Shown: positions 47,254-56,873 of the stretch, one piece after another
Numbering within the stretch: the first letter of the stretch is position 1
Layout: each line of letters starts with the position of its first letter
NCBI GenBank assembly: GCA_031366005.1
Contig: JANLZB010000094.1
Span: 8,877-72,876 of the forward strand
Direction: 5' to 3'
DNA: 64,000 bases
DNA from: Bacteroidota bacterium
GTDB lineage: Bacteria > Bacteroidota > Bacteroidia > AKYH767-A > OLB10
Program-made: the position numbers and the translations under genes
The notes under the pieces: generated by a model
Told to the model about the DNA's origin: nothing
Database searches by the model: none
What the model saw: only the letters and a program-made list of their open reading frames with translations

Positions 47254-49737
47254 ATGAACTCATTTGAAAATTATAATACTCCCGGTTTGCCACAATTACT
47301 GGTATCAGACGATGAACCTGAATTAATTCCCTTACTGACAAACGAGGACGAAGAATATATGAATGCCGAGCAATTGCCTGAAATTGTGTCGGTACTGCCA
47401 TTACGCAACACAGTTTTATTTCCCGGAGTTGTAATTCCGATTACTGTTGGTCGCGATAAATCAATTAACTTGATTAAAGATGCATACAAGGGTGATAAAA
47501 TAATTGGAGTGGTTGCACAGAAAGATGTGAGCATTGAAGATCCGCAATTAAAAGATTTGAACAGCATCGGAACAGTTGCACAAATTCTTCGCATGTTACG
47601 TATGCCTGATGGAAATACTACTGTGATAATTCAAGGCAAACGCAGGTTCAAATTAAAAGAGTTAGTGGAAACTGAACCTTACCTGCGCGCATCCATTGAA
47701 CCATTTGCAGATAAACATCGTCCTGAATTTGATAAAGAGTTTAATGCTATTGTTGATTCACTAAAAGATCTTTCGTTACAGATTATTCAGGCATCGCCTA
47801 ATATTCCATCTGAAGCATCATTCGCTATTAAGAATATTGAAAGTCCATCGTTCCTTATCAATTTCATTTGTTCCAACATGAATGCAGATGTTGATAAGAA
47901 ACAAGAGATGCTGGAGATGGCGGATATAAAAGAGCGTGCAACCAAAGTGCTGGAATACATCACCAAGGAATTGCAGATGCTCGAACTGAAAAACCAGATC
48001 CAGAGCAAAGTAAAAACAGATATTGACAAGCAGCAGCGTGAGTATTTTTTAAATCAGCAATTGCGCACCATACAGGAAGAGTTAGGTGGCAACACTCCTG
48101 ATAAAGAACTTGCTGAAATGCGTGAACGCGCTAAAACAAAAAAATGGAAGCAGGAAGTAGCAGCAGTTTTTAATAAAGAGATGGATCGCTTAGGTCGTAT
48201 CAATCCCGCTGCTGCGGAATACTCTGTTACGATGAATTATCTTGAGATGCTTTTAGAACTTCCATGGGACGAATACACCAATGATAATTTTGATTTAAAG
48301 CGTGCAGAGAAAATTCTTAACCGCGATCATTATGGTTTGGAGAAAGTTAAGAACAGGATTCTGGAATACCTTGCCGTTATCAAGTTAAAGAAAGACATGA
48401 AATCTCCGATCATGTGCCTGGTAGGTCCTCCGGGTGTTGGTAAAACTTCCTTAGGTAAATCAGTTGCTGAAGCTGTTGGAAGAAAATATGTTCGCATGTC
48501 GCTTGGGGGAGTGCGTGATGAAGCGGAGATACGAGGACATCGTAAAACTTATATCGGTGCAATGCCTGGCCGTGTGATGCAGAATATTAAAAAAGCAAAA
48601 TCATCCAATCCTGTTTTTATATTGGATGAAGTGGATAAACTTTCAAATGACATGCATGGTGATCCATCTTCGGCATTGCTTGAGGTGTTGGATCCTGAAC
48701 AGAACACAACCTTTTATGATAACTATGTGGAGATAGAATATGACCTGAGTAAAGTTTTATTTATTGCCACAGCAAATACCTTGTCAACTATCCAACCCGC
48801 TTTACGCGATAGAATGGAAATTATTGACATCAGTGGCTATACATTGGAGGAAAAAATTCACATTGCGCATAATCACTTAATAACAAAGCAACTTGAAGCA
48901 CATGGATTAGTAAAAGATCAATTGTTGTTTTCTGATGTGATTGTCAAAATGATTATCGAGCAATACACTTATGAATCAGGCGTGCGTACATTGGAGAAAT
49001 CCATTGCTGCTGTGGTTCGCTCTGTTGCAAAACTGGTGGCAATGGAAGAAAAATATGAACGCAAAATTTCTGCAGCACAAGTAATAAAAGCATTGGGTGC
49101 ACCACGGTTTTTTGCTGACCGTCATACTTCAAATGAAGTTGCAGGAGTAGTAACAGGCCTTGCATGGAATTCAAATGGTGGAAGTGTTTTGTTTATTGAG
49201 TCCAGCTTAAGCAAAGGCAATGGCAGATTAACATTGACAGGTAACTTAGGTGATGTGATGAAAGAAAGTGCAATCATTGCATTGGCTTATTTAAAATCGC
49301 ATGCTGCAAAACTGAAAATTGATCCGCGTGTTTTTGATCAGTGGAACATTCATGTACACGTTCCTGAAGGAGCAATTCCAAAAGATGGTCCTTCAGCAGG
49401 AGTAACTATGCTTACCTCACTTGCCTCATTGTTTACACAACTACGGGTAAAAAATAAACTGGCAATGACAGGAGAAATCACTTTGCGTGGTAAAGTTTTA
49501 CCTGTAGGTGGAATCAAAGAAAAGATTCTTGCAGCGAAGCGGGCAGGTATTAAAGAAATTGTTTTGTGTAAAGACAACAAGAAAGACATTGAAGAAATAA
49601 AAAAAGAATACATCAGCGATCTTACTTTTCATTATGCAGAAACCATGATGGACGTTTTGAAAATTGCACTCACTACACAAAAAGTGAAAGACCCGGTTGA
49701 CCTTACGGTGAAAGAGAAGGAAGTGAAGGCAGGGTAA
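47254..49737 (+). CDS. lon: ATP-dependent Lon protease (LonA)
   Basis: LON N-domain VLPLRNTVLFPGVV, Walker A GPPGVGKTS, and the catalytic motif PKDGPSAGVTM. The ORF-track start at 46945 adds 103 aa that are probably not coding. Confidence 0.9.
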   Translation: MNSFENYNTPGLPQLLVSDDEPELIPLLTNEDEEYMNAEQLPEIVSVLPLRNTVLFPGVVIPITVGRDKSINLIKDAYKGDKIIGVVAQKDVSIEDPQLKDLNSIGTVAQILRMLRMPDGNTTVIIQGKRRFKLKELVETEPYLRASIEPFADKHRPEFDKEFNAIVDSLKDLSLQIIQASPNIPSEASFAIKNIESPSFLINFICSNMNADVDKKQEMLEMADIKERATKVLEYITKELQMLELKNQIQSKVKTDIDKQQREYFLNQQLRTIQEELGGNTPDKELAEMRERAKTKKWKQEVAAVFNKEMDRLGRINPAAAEYSVTMNYLEMLLELPWDEYTNDNFDLKRAEKILNRDHYGLEKVKNRILEYLAVIKLKKDMKSPIMCLVGPPGVGKTSLGKSVAEAVGRKYVRMSLGGVRDEAEIRGHRKTYIGAMPGRVMQNIKKAKSSNPVFILDEVDKLSNDMHGDPSSALLEVLDPEQNTTFYDNYVEIEYDLSKVLFIATANTLSTIQPALRDRMEIIDISGYTLEEKIHIAHNHLITKQLEAHGLVKDQLLFSDVIVKMIIEQYTYESGVRTLEKSIAAVVRSVAKLVAMEEKYERKISAAQVIKALGAPRFFADRHTSNEVAGVVTGLAWNSNGGSVLFIESSLSKGNGRLTLTGNLGDVMKESAIIALAYLKSHAAKLKIDPRVFDQWNIHVHVPEGAIPKDGPSAGVTMLTSLASLFTQLRVKNKLAMTGEITLRGKVLPVGGIKEKILAAKRAGIKEIVLCKDNKKDIEEIKKEYISDLTFHYAETMMDVLKIALTTQKVKDPVDLTVKEKEVKAG

Positions 49738-49745
49738 CGCTATTC

Positions 49746-49812
49746 AACTTTGCCAAAGTTTTAAACTTTGGCAAAGTATATCCCATTTATTTTTGCCAAA
49801 AAGCTTTGGCAA
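49746..49812. terminator. TTTGCCAAAG-family palindromes after lon (aactttgccaaagtt-tta-aactttggcaaagt; ttgccaaa-aagc-tttggcaa)
   Basis: Near-identical to the palindrome at 2032-2065. Confidence 0.55.
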
Positions 49813-49835
49813 TAATGGTGCACTAATGATTTGTT

Positions 49836-50285
49836 ATGATTAAGACTCTCTTTAACCAACAGGACACAAGCGAAATTCTCAACCGTATAAATAAATTAGT
49901 GCCTGATGATAAATGTAAATGGGGCTCAATGACACCAACCGGGATGCTTTACCATTGCAACAAAACGAACGCTGCAATTATGGAGTCCAAGCCAACAGAT
50001 AAAAGACCAACATTCATACAACGGCTGCAAAAGTTTGTAGTGATGGATGTAATGCAACGTTTACCAAAAGGTAGAAAATCAAGGCCTAAATTTTTACAGA
50101 TGCAGGATCAGCAATTAGACTTTGAAGAGGAAAGAAAACTATTTATTGAAACAGTTTCAGGTTTTATTAATTACTATGGCAATCTTAATGGAGAACATCC
50201 GGTTTTTGGAAGGTTGAATACAAAGGAATGGGGTCACTTTGCATGGATGCATATGGATCACCATCTTCGGCAGTTTGGAGTGTGA
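49836..50285 (+). CDS. DUF1569 domain-containing protein
   Basis: The C-terminal motif WMHMDHHLRQFG matches the characteristic DUF1569 ending …H.DHHLRQF. Confidence 0.6.
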   Translation: MIKTLFNQQDTSEILNRINKLVPDDKCKWGSMTPTGMLYHCNKTNAAIMESKPTDKRPTFIQRLQKFVVMDVMQRLPKGRKSRPKFLQMQDQQLDFEEERKLFIETVSGFINYYGNLNGEHPVFGRLNTKEWGHFAWMHMDHHLRQFGV

Positions 50286-50338
50286 AAGTCACTCGCTCTA
50301 AATCCAACTATATTTGAATAGTATTTACAAAAGTTAGG

Positions 50339-51172
50339 ATGACACAACCCTTCACCATATTTAATTTCAACGAAGACGATGTAAAGAAAGTAGCTGCATC
50401 TGTTAATGAGCCGCACAATCATGAGTTTGAAGAATTGATTGTTGGCATAGAAGGAGTGCTGGAACATTTCATTGATTTTAAAACCACAACGCTGGATGCG
50501 CCTTTTGTAAGTTTTGTAACGAAAGGAAAAGTGCATCGTGTAAAACCGGGAATTAAAAACGGTAAATGCAAGATGTGGGTTTTGCGTTTCAAGAGTGAGT
50601 TTATTCCTGAAACCACTTTTCAGTTGTATTCTTATTATCATGATCATGCAAGTCTTAAAATGCAGCAGGGAGATTGTTTCAACCGTCTCGTTACACTTTG
50701 TGAAATGATGTTTAACGAAATGCAACAAACGATACCTGACTATGCAGTAGTGAGACATTTGCTGAGTGCGCTGTTTACGATGATTGAGTCTGAAAGAAAA
50801 AAAGCAGAACCGGATACAAATGATTTTCACAAGACACAGAATACTACTTTTAAAAACTTCTTGAAAATACTGGAAGAAAATTTTCATCGTCCTGAAGGTG
50901 TTGAATATTATGCAGAGAAATTATTTATGTCGGCACGCAATTTGAATTTGATCTGCCAGAATATTTTACAGAAAAGTGTTTCAGAAATTATTGAGACGCG
51001 CAAACTGATTGAGGCAAAAAATCTTTTAATTAATTCAGATAAATCCATTTCTGAAATAGGTTTTGAATTAGGCTTTAACGAGAAAGCTTACTTTACCAAT
51101 GTTTTTAAAAAGAAATCAGGACAAACACCAACTGAGTTTCGCGAAGAAATGAGAAAGCTTGTTTCCAATTAA
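50339..51172 (+). CDS. AraC-family transcriptional regulator
   Basis: Cupin-like N-terminal domain. The C-terminal HTH_AraC region reads LFMSARNLNL…ISEIGFELGFNEKAYFTNVFKKKSGQTPTEFR. Confidence 0.8.
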   Translation: MTQPFTIFNFNEDDVKKVAASVNEPHNHEFEELIVGIEGVLEHFIDFKTTTLDAPFVSFVTKGKVHRVKPGIKNGKCKMWVLRFKSEFIPETTFQLYSYYHDHASLKMQQGDCFNRLVTLCEMMFNEMQQTIPDYAVVRHLLSALFTMIESERKKAEPDTNDFHKTQNTTFKNFLKILEENFHRPEGVEYYAEKLFMSARNLNLICQNILQKSVSEIIETRKLIEAKNLLINSDKSISEIGFELGFNEKAYFTNVFKKKSGQTPTEFREEMRKLVSN

Positions 51173-51189
51173 AGAATATACTTCGGAAG

Positions 51190-52025
51190 TAAAATTTTGA
51201 ACCGCATAGACACAATAGGCACATAGAAAATACCACATAGAAAGTAAGAAAATACTTTAATGAGTTTTAGAAAGCTATGCGAAAACCTATGTTTCTACTT
51301 TGTCTATGTGGTTCAAACATTTTAATTTGGAACCACATAGACACAGTAAGCACATAGAAAATACCACATAGAAAAAATGACAAGAAAATATATTAATGAG
51401 TTTGAGAAAACTATGTGAAAACCTGTGTTTCTATAAACTATGTGGTTCAAACATTTTAATTTGGAACCACATAGACACAATAGGCACACAGCAAATATCA
51501 CATAGAAAAATGATAAGAAAATATTTTAATGAGTTTGAGAAAACTATGTTAAAACCTGTGTTTCTATAAACTATGTGGTTCAAACATTTTAATTTGTAAT
51601 TACATAGACACAGAAAATATCACATAGAAAAATGATAAGAAAATATTTTGATGAGTTTGAGAAAACTATGTGAAAACCTATGTTTCTATGTACTATGTGG
51701 TTCAAACATTTTAATTTGGAACCACATAGACACAATAGGCACACAGAAAATATCACATAGAAAAATGATAAGAAAATATTTTAATGAGTTTGAGAAAACT
51801 ATGTGAAAACCTATGTTTCTACTGTGTCTATGTGGTTCAAACATTTTAATTTGTAAGTACATAGACACAGTAGGGTCATAGAAAATATCACATAGAAAAA
51901 TGATAAGAAAATATTTTAATGAGTTTGAGAAAACTATGTGAAAACCTATGTTTCTATGTACTATGTGGTTCAAAAAACTTTAATTTGTAATTACATAGAC
52001 ACAGTAGGCTCATAGATAAATAATA
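51190..52025. repeat. tandem array of about 6.3 copies of a 122-135-bp unit rich in CACATAG/CTATGTG motifs, each with an 11-bp-stem hairpin
   Basis: The anchor gtggttcaaacattttaatttg recurs at 51308, 51442, 51575, 51697, 51832 and 51965. Each unit has the hairpin ctatgtggttc-N15-gaaccacatag. Confidence 0.85.
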
Positions 52026-52032
52026 TTTAACC

Positions 52033-52449
52033 TTGATACCAACAAAAAAATATTTAAACGAACTAACTTATAAAGTTATTGGTTGTGCTATTGAGGTTCA
52101 TAAATATCTTGGTCCGGGATTATTGGAAAGTGTTTATGAAAAATGCTTTGTTAAAGAATTAGAATTGCGCGGAATTGCTTACAAAAAACAGATTTGGGTT
52201 CCGTTGGAATACAAAGGTCTCGAACTTGATACTGAATTACGATTAGACGTATTGGTTGAAGATATACTTTGTGTCGAATTGAAAGCACAGGAATGGCTTT
52301 TACCCATTCACGAAGCAACCTTACTTTCCTACATGCAAATGTTGCAAAAACCTAAGGGAATTCTTATTAACTTTCATTGTGTTAATATTTTTAAAGAAGG
52401 ACAAAGAACTTTTGTAAATGCATTATTCTCTTCACTTCCTGAAGAATAA
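52033..52449 (+). CDS. GxxExxY family protein (PD-(D/E)xK-like)
   Basis: Motif VIGCAIEVHKYLGPGLLESVYEKC, i.e. G..E..Y. Length is 138 aa with a TTG start. The gene is embedded in and followed by copies of the CACATAG repeat. Confidence 0.65.
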   Translation: MIPTKKYLNELTYKVIGCAIEVHKYLGPGLLESVYEKCFVKELELRGIAYKKQIWVPLEYKGLELDTELRLDVLVEDILCVELKAQEWLLPIHEATLLSYMQMLQKPKGILINFHCVNIFKEGQRTFVNALFSSLPEE

Positions 52450-52469
52450 TAATTTGTGAAATACGGGTA

Positions 52470-52580
52470 AGTGGATCAATATTTTTCACCACATAGAACA
52501 TAGAAAACATAGAAAATTTACATAGTAAAAAATCTATGTGAACATCTATGTTCCTATTGTGCCTATGTGGTTCAATAATC
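52470..52580. repeat. degenerate additional copy of the CACATAG repeat unit downstream of the GxxExxY gene
   Basis: caccacatagaacatagaaaacatagaaaatttacatag…ctatgtgaacatctatgttcctattgtgcctatgtggttc. Confidence 0.6.
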
Positions 52581-52588
52581 AGGACAAA

Positions 52589-52668
52589 CGATGTATCGGT
52601 TTCTTAATATCACAACACTTTTTCCGAATACTATTACCGTTTCCATTTAATCAGGTGCATCTTTGTAC
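52589..52668 (+). promoter_or_regulatory. conserved 80-bp upstream block (copy 1): direct TTCCGAAT/TTACCGTT repeats plus a CATCTTTG -7-like box
   Basis: It aligns with 55968-56040: cgatgt…aatatcacaacac…ccgaa.actattaccg…gcacatctttgtac. Confidence 0.55.
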
Positions 52669-52701
52669 CCTAAAATTTTAACCTATAATAAAAAATCAAA
52701 A

Positions 52702-53006
52702 ATGAACACATCCACAACATTTAAAACATTAGCAACAGCATTAGTTGTTGCAGCACTGGCAACTTTTTTAAGTTGTAGTAACAAAGGAGAAAACAATTCC
52801 AACAAGCAAAGCGGAGATGGAAACCTGAGTTTTGTCAACATTCAGGAAGATGCCGGACACAATTGCCTGCGGTGTTCGATTATAAAACGAAACATTGGAT
52901 CAATCCGAATGGTGCAACATCAGAAAACATAATTGAACAGGTTAAGAAATGCCCGAGTGATGCACTATCATTTTTTTATAACAATCAAAAAAATACAATT
53001 CAATAA
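52702..53006 (+). pseudogene. small lipoprotein-signal ORF fused by an apparent frameshift to a (4Fe-4S)-binding-type domain (WKPEFCQHSGRC…LPAVFD…CPSDALS)
   Basis: Frame 0 (52702-52932) encodes MNTSTTFKTLATALVVAALATFLSC… The next frame, open from 52782, encodes RRWKPEFCQHSGRCRTQLPAVFDYKTKHWINPNGATSENIIEQVKKCPSDALSF and has no start codon of its own. Confidence 0.4.
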
Positions 53007-53024
53007 TATTATTTTAACAAACGT

Positions 53025-54077
53025 ATGGAATTAGGATTAATGGCTTTTGCTGATATGGAACCTGAGTCGCTTCCGGGAAGAGGTATCAATGCGCATCAGC
53101 GTTTGAAAGATCTGATGGAAGAAATAAAATTGGCTGATGAACTTGGGCTGGATGTTTTTGGTGTAGGTGAACATCATCGTCCTGATTATGCTGTTTCATC
53201 ACCAACGGTTGTGCTGGGAGCAGCTGCAGTTGTTACCAAAAATATCAAACTCTCCAGTGCAGTTACTGTGCTTAGTTCTGCTGATCCTGTTCGTGTGTTC
53301 CAGGATTTTGCAACGGTTGATCTTTTGTCAGGTGGACGTGCAGAGATAATGGCAGGCAGAGGTTCATTCATTGAGTCGTTTCCATTGTTTGGATATGATC
53401 TGGAAGACTATGATGAGTTGTTCACTGAAAAATTAGAACTGTTATTAAATTTAAATAAGAGTGAAAAACTATCATGGAAAGGAAAGCATCGTCCATCATT
53501 CAATAACCTCGGAGTTTATCCACGTCCTTTTCAATCATCATTACCTGTCTGGATTGCAGTGGGAGGAACACCGCAATCAGCTATAAGAGCTGCCAAGCTT
53601 GGTTTGCCTTTGATGTTGGCAATTATTGGGGGTATGCCTGAGCAGTTTGTTCCATTAATAAATCTCTATCGTGACACTGCAAAGAAATCAGGAACAGATA
53701 TGGATACATTGCAGATAGGTATCAACAATCATGTATATATCGGAGAAGACTCGCAAAAAGCAGCAGATGAATTTTATCCTCATTATGCAGCTGTGATGAC
53801 ACGAATAGGAAAAGAAAGAGGATGGCAGCCATTATCAAGACAGCAGTATGAACAATTGCGTGCCCCGAAAGGTGCATTAATGGTAGGGAGCGTGCAACAG
53901 GTCATTGATAAAATTTTATACGAGTATGAATTATTTCATAACACACGTTTTGTTGCACAGGCAAGTGTTGGCAATGTTCCGCATAGTTTAGTAATGAAAT
54001 CAATAGAATTATTTGGAACCAAAGTAGCGCCTGTGGTACGGAAAGAAATTGCTTCAGCAAAATTCTCAATTAAATAA
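53025..54077 (+). CDS. LLM-class flavin-dependent oxidoreductase (luciferase-like monooxygenase)
   Basis: Conserved LLM N-terminal region FGVGEHHRPDYAVSSPTVVLGAAAVVTKNIKLSSAVTVL. Length is 350 aa. Confidence 0.8.
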   Translation: MELGLMAFADMEPESLPGRGINAHQRLKDLMEEIKLADELGLDVFGVGEHHRPDYAVSSPTVVLGAAAVVTKNIKLSSAVTVLSSADPVRVFQDFATVDLLSGGRAEIMAGRGSFIESFPLFGYDLEDYDELFTEKLELLLNLNKSEKLSWKGKHRPSFNNLGVYPRPFQSSLPVWIAVGGTPQSAIRAAKLGLPLMLAIIGGMPEQFVPLINLYRDTAKKSGTDMDTLQIGINNHVYIGEDSQKAADEFYPHYAAVMTRIGKERGWQPLSRQQYEQLRAPKGALMVGSVQQVIDKILYEYELFHNTRFVAQASVGNVPHSLVMKSIELFGTKVAPVVRKEIASAKFSIK

Positions 54078-54156
54078 TAATTATACACGCTATTAATCTG
54101 TAATATAAAATAGGGCAATCAATTATTGATTGCCCTCTTTCAAAAAAAATAAATAA

Positions 54157-54363
54157 TTATTTGCCAAACATGCCACCAATTTTTTCTTTGATGCCATCAG
54201 CAACATCACTTATCGATCCGCCTTTAATAAAACTTTCTACCTGCGTACCAATTCCTGCCGGCATTTTGTCTTTTAAAAACGTCATTACGGTTTGAACTGC
54301 TGTTGTTGCCTGTGCTTCAGAAATACCTGTTTTTTCTGATACCATTTTAATTAAATTTTCCAT
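54157..54363 (-). CDS. small hypothetical protein (68 aa)
   Basis: Compact ORF with plausible coding composition and no recognised family. Confidence 0.4.
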   Translation of the reverse strand: MENLIKMVSEKTGISEAQATTAVQTVMTFLKDKMPAGIGTQVESFIKGGSISDVADGIKEKIGGMFGK

Positions 54364-54419
54364 TTTAGATTTTTTTTTAGAATGTTTATATGAATTAAGA
54401 AGAAATGATTTAATTTGTT

Positions 54420-55316
54420 TTAACGTATTCCATATCCGGAAAATTTATACGCAAGTCCAACACCTAACACTTCTTTAAACTGCGTTCCTGGTCCGATATG
54501 GTCAATAGTTACACCATCGCTTTTGTAAAAAGTAAGTGTTGTGTTATCATCATAAAGCAATTGAGTAGATAGGCTTGCAGTAAGTAATTTCCCTAATTTA
54601 ACGGAGAGCAACAGTTGCCAGTTCACATCAATGTTTTCTGGTTTATCAAGATAATTGCTGAACAGATCAACAGAAGTTTGCAGGTTTATATTTTTTGAAA
54701 CATCCTTTTTATAAGATGCCTTAATATAAGCACCTGCTTCTGTGCGAACGGTTTTTCCAGTATCCACACCAAAGGCTCCGGCATTTGAAAGCCTGCTATC
54801 ATTTACAATTATAAAGCGGACAGTAGCGGGTGATAAAAACAATGAGAAATTATCATTCGGTTTATAATCCATACCTAGACCTAACAATATATTAGCTGGT
54901 GCCAGAAAATTTGAAATAACAACTGAATCATTTGGATAATTATATCCTGGAGCAAATTGAGTTCTGAAATTAAACAGAGCAGAATAATACCAATGTCCTT
55001 TAGCCAGTCTTCCGTATTTAGATGAAATATCAATCTTGTCATCGCTTTTAAATAATGTTGATACTTTACCTTGCTTAATTAAACCATACCCAAGATCAAT
55101 ATTATTATCCCAGGCATTTTTTCCTCTTTTATAATTTGCATAGTAATTCACAATTGCATTTCCAGCAATGGAATTCTGACCGCCTGCCGCCCAATTAGTC
55201 AGCGATACCTGTGAAAAATTAATAGAAATTAATCCTCCTCTTCGCCAAACAGTATCTTGTTGTGCATTGGCATAAAGGGAAATTGAAATAAATATAATGA
55301 TGAATGTTTTTTTCAT
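54420..55316 (-). CDS. DUF3078 domain-containing outer-membrane β-barrel-like protein
   Basis: Signal peptide and the motif …WRRGGLISINFSQVSLTNWAAGG… typical of DUF3078. The C-terminal residue is aromatic. Confidence 0.55.
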   Translation of the reverse strand: MKKTFIIIFISISLYANAQQDTVWRRGGLISINFSQVSLTNWAAGGQNSIAGNAIVNYYANYKRGKNAWDNNIDLGYGLIKQGKVSTLFKSDDKIDISSKYGRLAKGHWYYSALFNFRTQFAPGYNYPNDSVVISNFLAPANILLGLGMDYKPNDNFSLFLSPATVRFIIVNDSRLSNAGAFGVDTGKTVRTEAGAYIKASYKKDVSKNINLQTSVDLFSNYLDKPENIDVNWQLLLSVKLGKLLTASLSTQLLYDDNTTLTFYKSDGVTIDHIGPGTQFKEVLGVGLAYKFSGYGIR

Positions 55317-55405
55317 ATTGTGTGTTTAATTAATAAGAATTAATAATAAAAAAATATCCGGGTTTTGCGCCCGGATGTTTTTGCAAATGTTTTAGAAAGA
55401 AAAAA

Positions 55406-55822
55406 TTATTTTCTTAATAAATCGCGTATTTCTGAAAGTAAAACCACTTCTTTAGTAGGAGCCGGAGGTGCAACTGGTGCAGCCACTTCTTTCTTTTTCA
55501 TTTTGTTCATGGGTTTAACCACGAAAACGAAAATCGCTAATGCTATAATCAGGAAAGCAAAAGCTACTTGAATAAAATTTCCATAATTGACGGTTACTGC
55601 CGGAATAACTTTTCCTGCTGCATCCACGGTTGCTTCGTGCAATGTTAATTTTAATTGTGTAAAATCAACTCCACCGATCAGATAACCGATAGGAGGCATG
55701 ATAATATCGTCAACCAATGAGGTGACAATTTTTCCGAAAGCTGCACCGATAACTACACCGACAGCAAGGTCAACTACGTTTCCTTTGGAAACAAATTCTT
55801 TAAATTCTGATGTAAATGACAT
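55406..55822 (-). CDS. mscL: large-conductance mechanosensitive channel
   Basis: MscL signature [27 protein letters not shown]. Length is 138 aa. Confidence 0.9.
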   Translation of the reverse strand: MSFTSEFKEFVSKGNVVDLAVGVVIGAAFGKIVTSLVDDIIMPPIGYLIGGVDFTQLKLTLHEATVDAAGKVIPAVTVNYGNFIQVAFAFLIIALAIFVFVVKPMNKMKKKEVAAPVAPPAPTKEVVLLSEIRDLLRK

Positions 55823-55967
55823 GATTTTTATTTTGAGGGATTAAATGAGCCGGCTAAACTAAACTTAATAAAACTATAATTTCGTTTTTTAAATGATTTA
55901 TATAAGCTTAATATAATTTATAGACCAATAATAAAAAAGTGCCGGTAAATCAAATTCCGATGTTATT

Positions 55968-56040
55968 CATTTTCCAAATATCACAACACAATTACCGAAA
56001 ACTATTACCGAATGGCTGTATGATTGGCACATCTTTGTAC
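55968..56040 (+). promoter_or_regulatory. conserved upstream block (copy 2) with the direct repeat TTACCGAA-N5-TTACCGAA and a CATCTTTG box, upstream of the yceI-like gene
   Basis: See copy 1. The identical 13-mer aatatcacaacac and the 14-mer gcacatctttgtac are shared. Confidence 0.55.
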
Positions 56041-56075
56041 TGTTAAATAAGGAACATTATTAAAAACTAACAAAG

Positions 56076-56627
56076 ATGGAAAATACAGTATTAGCAAAAA
56101 CAAAATGGGTCATTGATCCTGCACACAGTGAAATTGCTTTCAAAGTGAAACACCTGATGATTAGCAATGTCAAAGGTGTGTTTAGAGAGTATAAAGCTGA
56201 CGTTATAACTAACGGGCATGATTTTATGACAGCAGAAATTAATTTCACCATGAACCCAGCATCCGTTGATACGGGAGATGAAAAACGTGATGGACATATT
56301 AAAGCTGCGGATTTCTTTGACGTGGAAAATTACAAACAGATCACATTCAAATCCACCGGTTGCAAAAAGAAAAATGAGGATGGCAGTTATGAATTGCATG
56401 GTGACCTCACAGTAAAAGACATTACTAAAAACATAAAATTAGATGTTGAATTTTTAGGAACTATGACTGATCCATGGGGAAATGAAAAAGCTGGATTTTC
56501 AGTGAACGGAAAAATAAACCGTAAAGAATGGGGATTAAACTGGAATGCCGCTTTGGAAGCAGGAGGCGTTTTAGTGAGCGATGAAGTAAAAATAAATTGC
56601 GAAGTGCAATTGGCTAAGCAAGCATAA
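56076..56627 (+). CDS. YceI family protein
   Basis: Motif WVIDPAHSEIAFKVKHLMISNVKGVF. Length is 183 aa. Confidence 0.8.
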   Translation: MENTVLAKTKWVIDPAHSEIAFKVKHLMISNVKGVFREYKADVITNGHDFMTAEINFTMNPASVDTGDEKRDGHIKAADFFDVENYKQITFKSTGCKKKNEDGSYELHGDLTVKDITKNIKLDVEFLGTMTDPWGNEKAGFSVNGKINRKEWGLNWNAALEAGGVLVSDEVKINCEVQLAKQA

Positions 56628-56873
56628 TTTTTATTAAAAGAAAATTAAAGTCATACTGCATCCATCAAAATGAAGTATGACTTTTTTATTGATAACCCAC
56701 CAATCTCTTACCTAAATTTGTTTACAAAGTTTTGCAATAAAAAATAATTACTATTGTGTTTTATAAAACAAAATTTCTTTTTGATGCGTTATGTATTTAT
56801 ACTTGGAGCAAAGAACATAAAGCAATTGTATAGTAACAAAACATCCACTATCAAAAAGATTCACAAATAATTT

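Noticed and set aside
51686-51973. 95-aa minus-strand ORF with an internally duplicated peptide sequence
   Set aside because: It lies wholly inside the 133-bp tandem repeats. The duplicated 'peptide' is simply the repeat translated.
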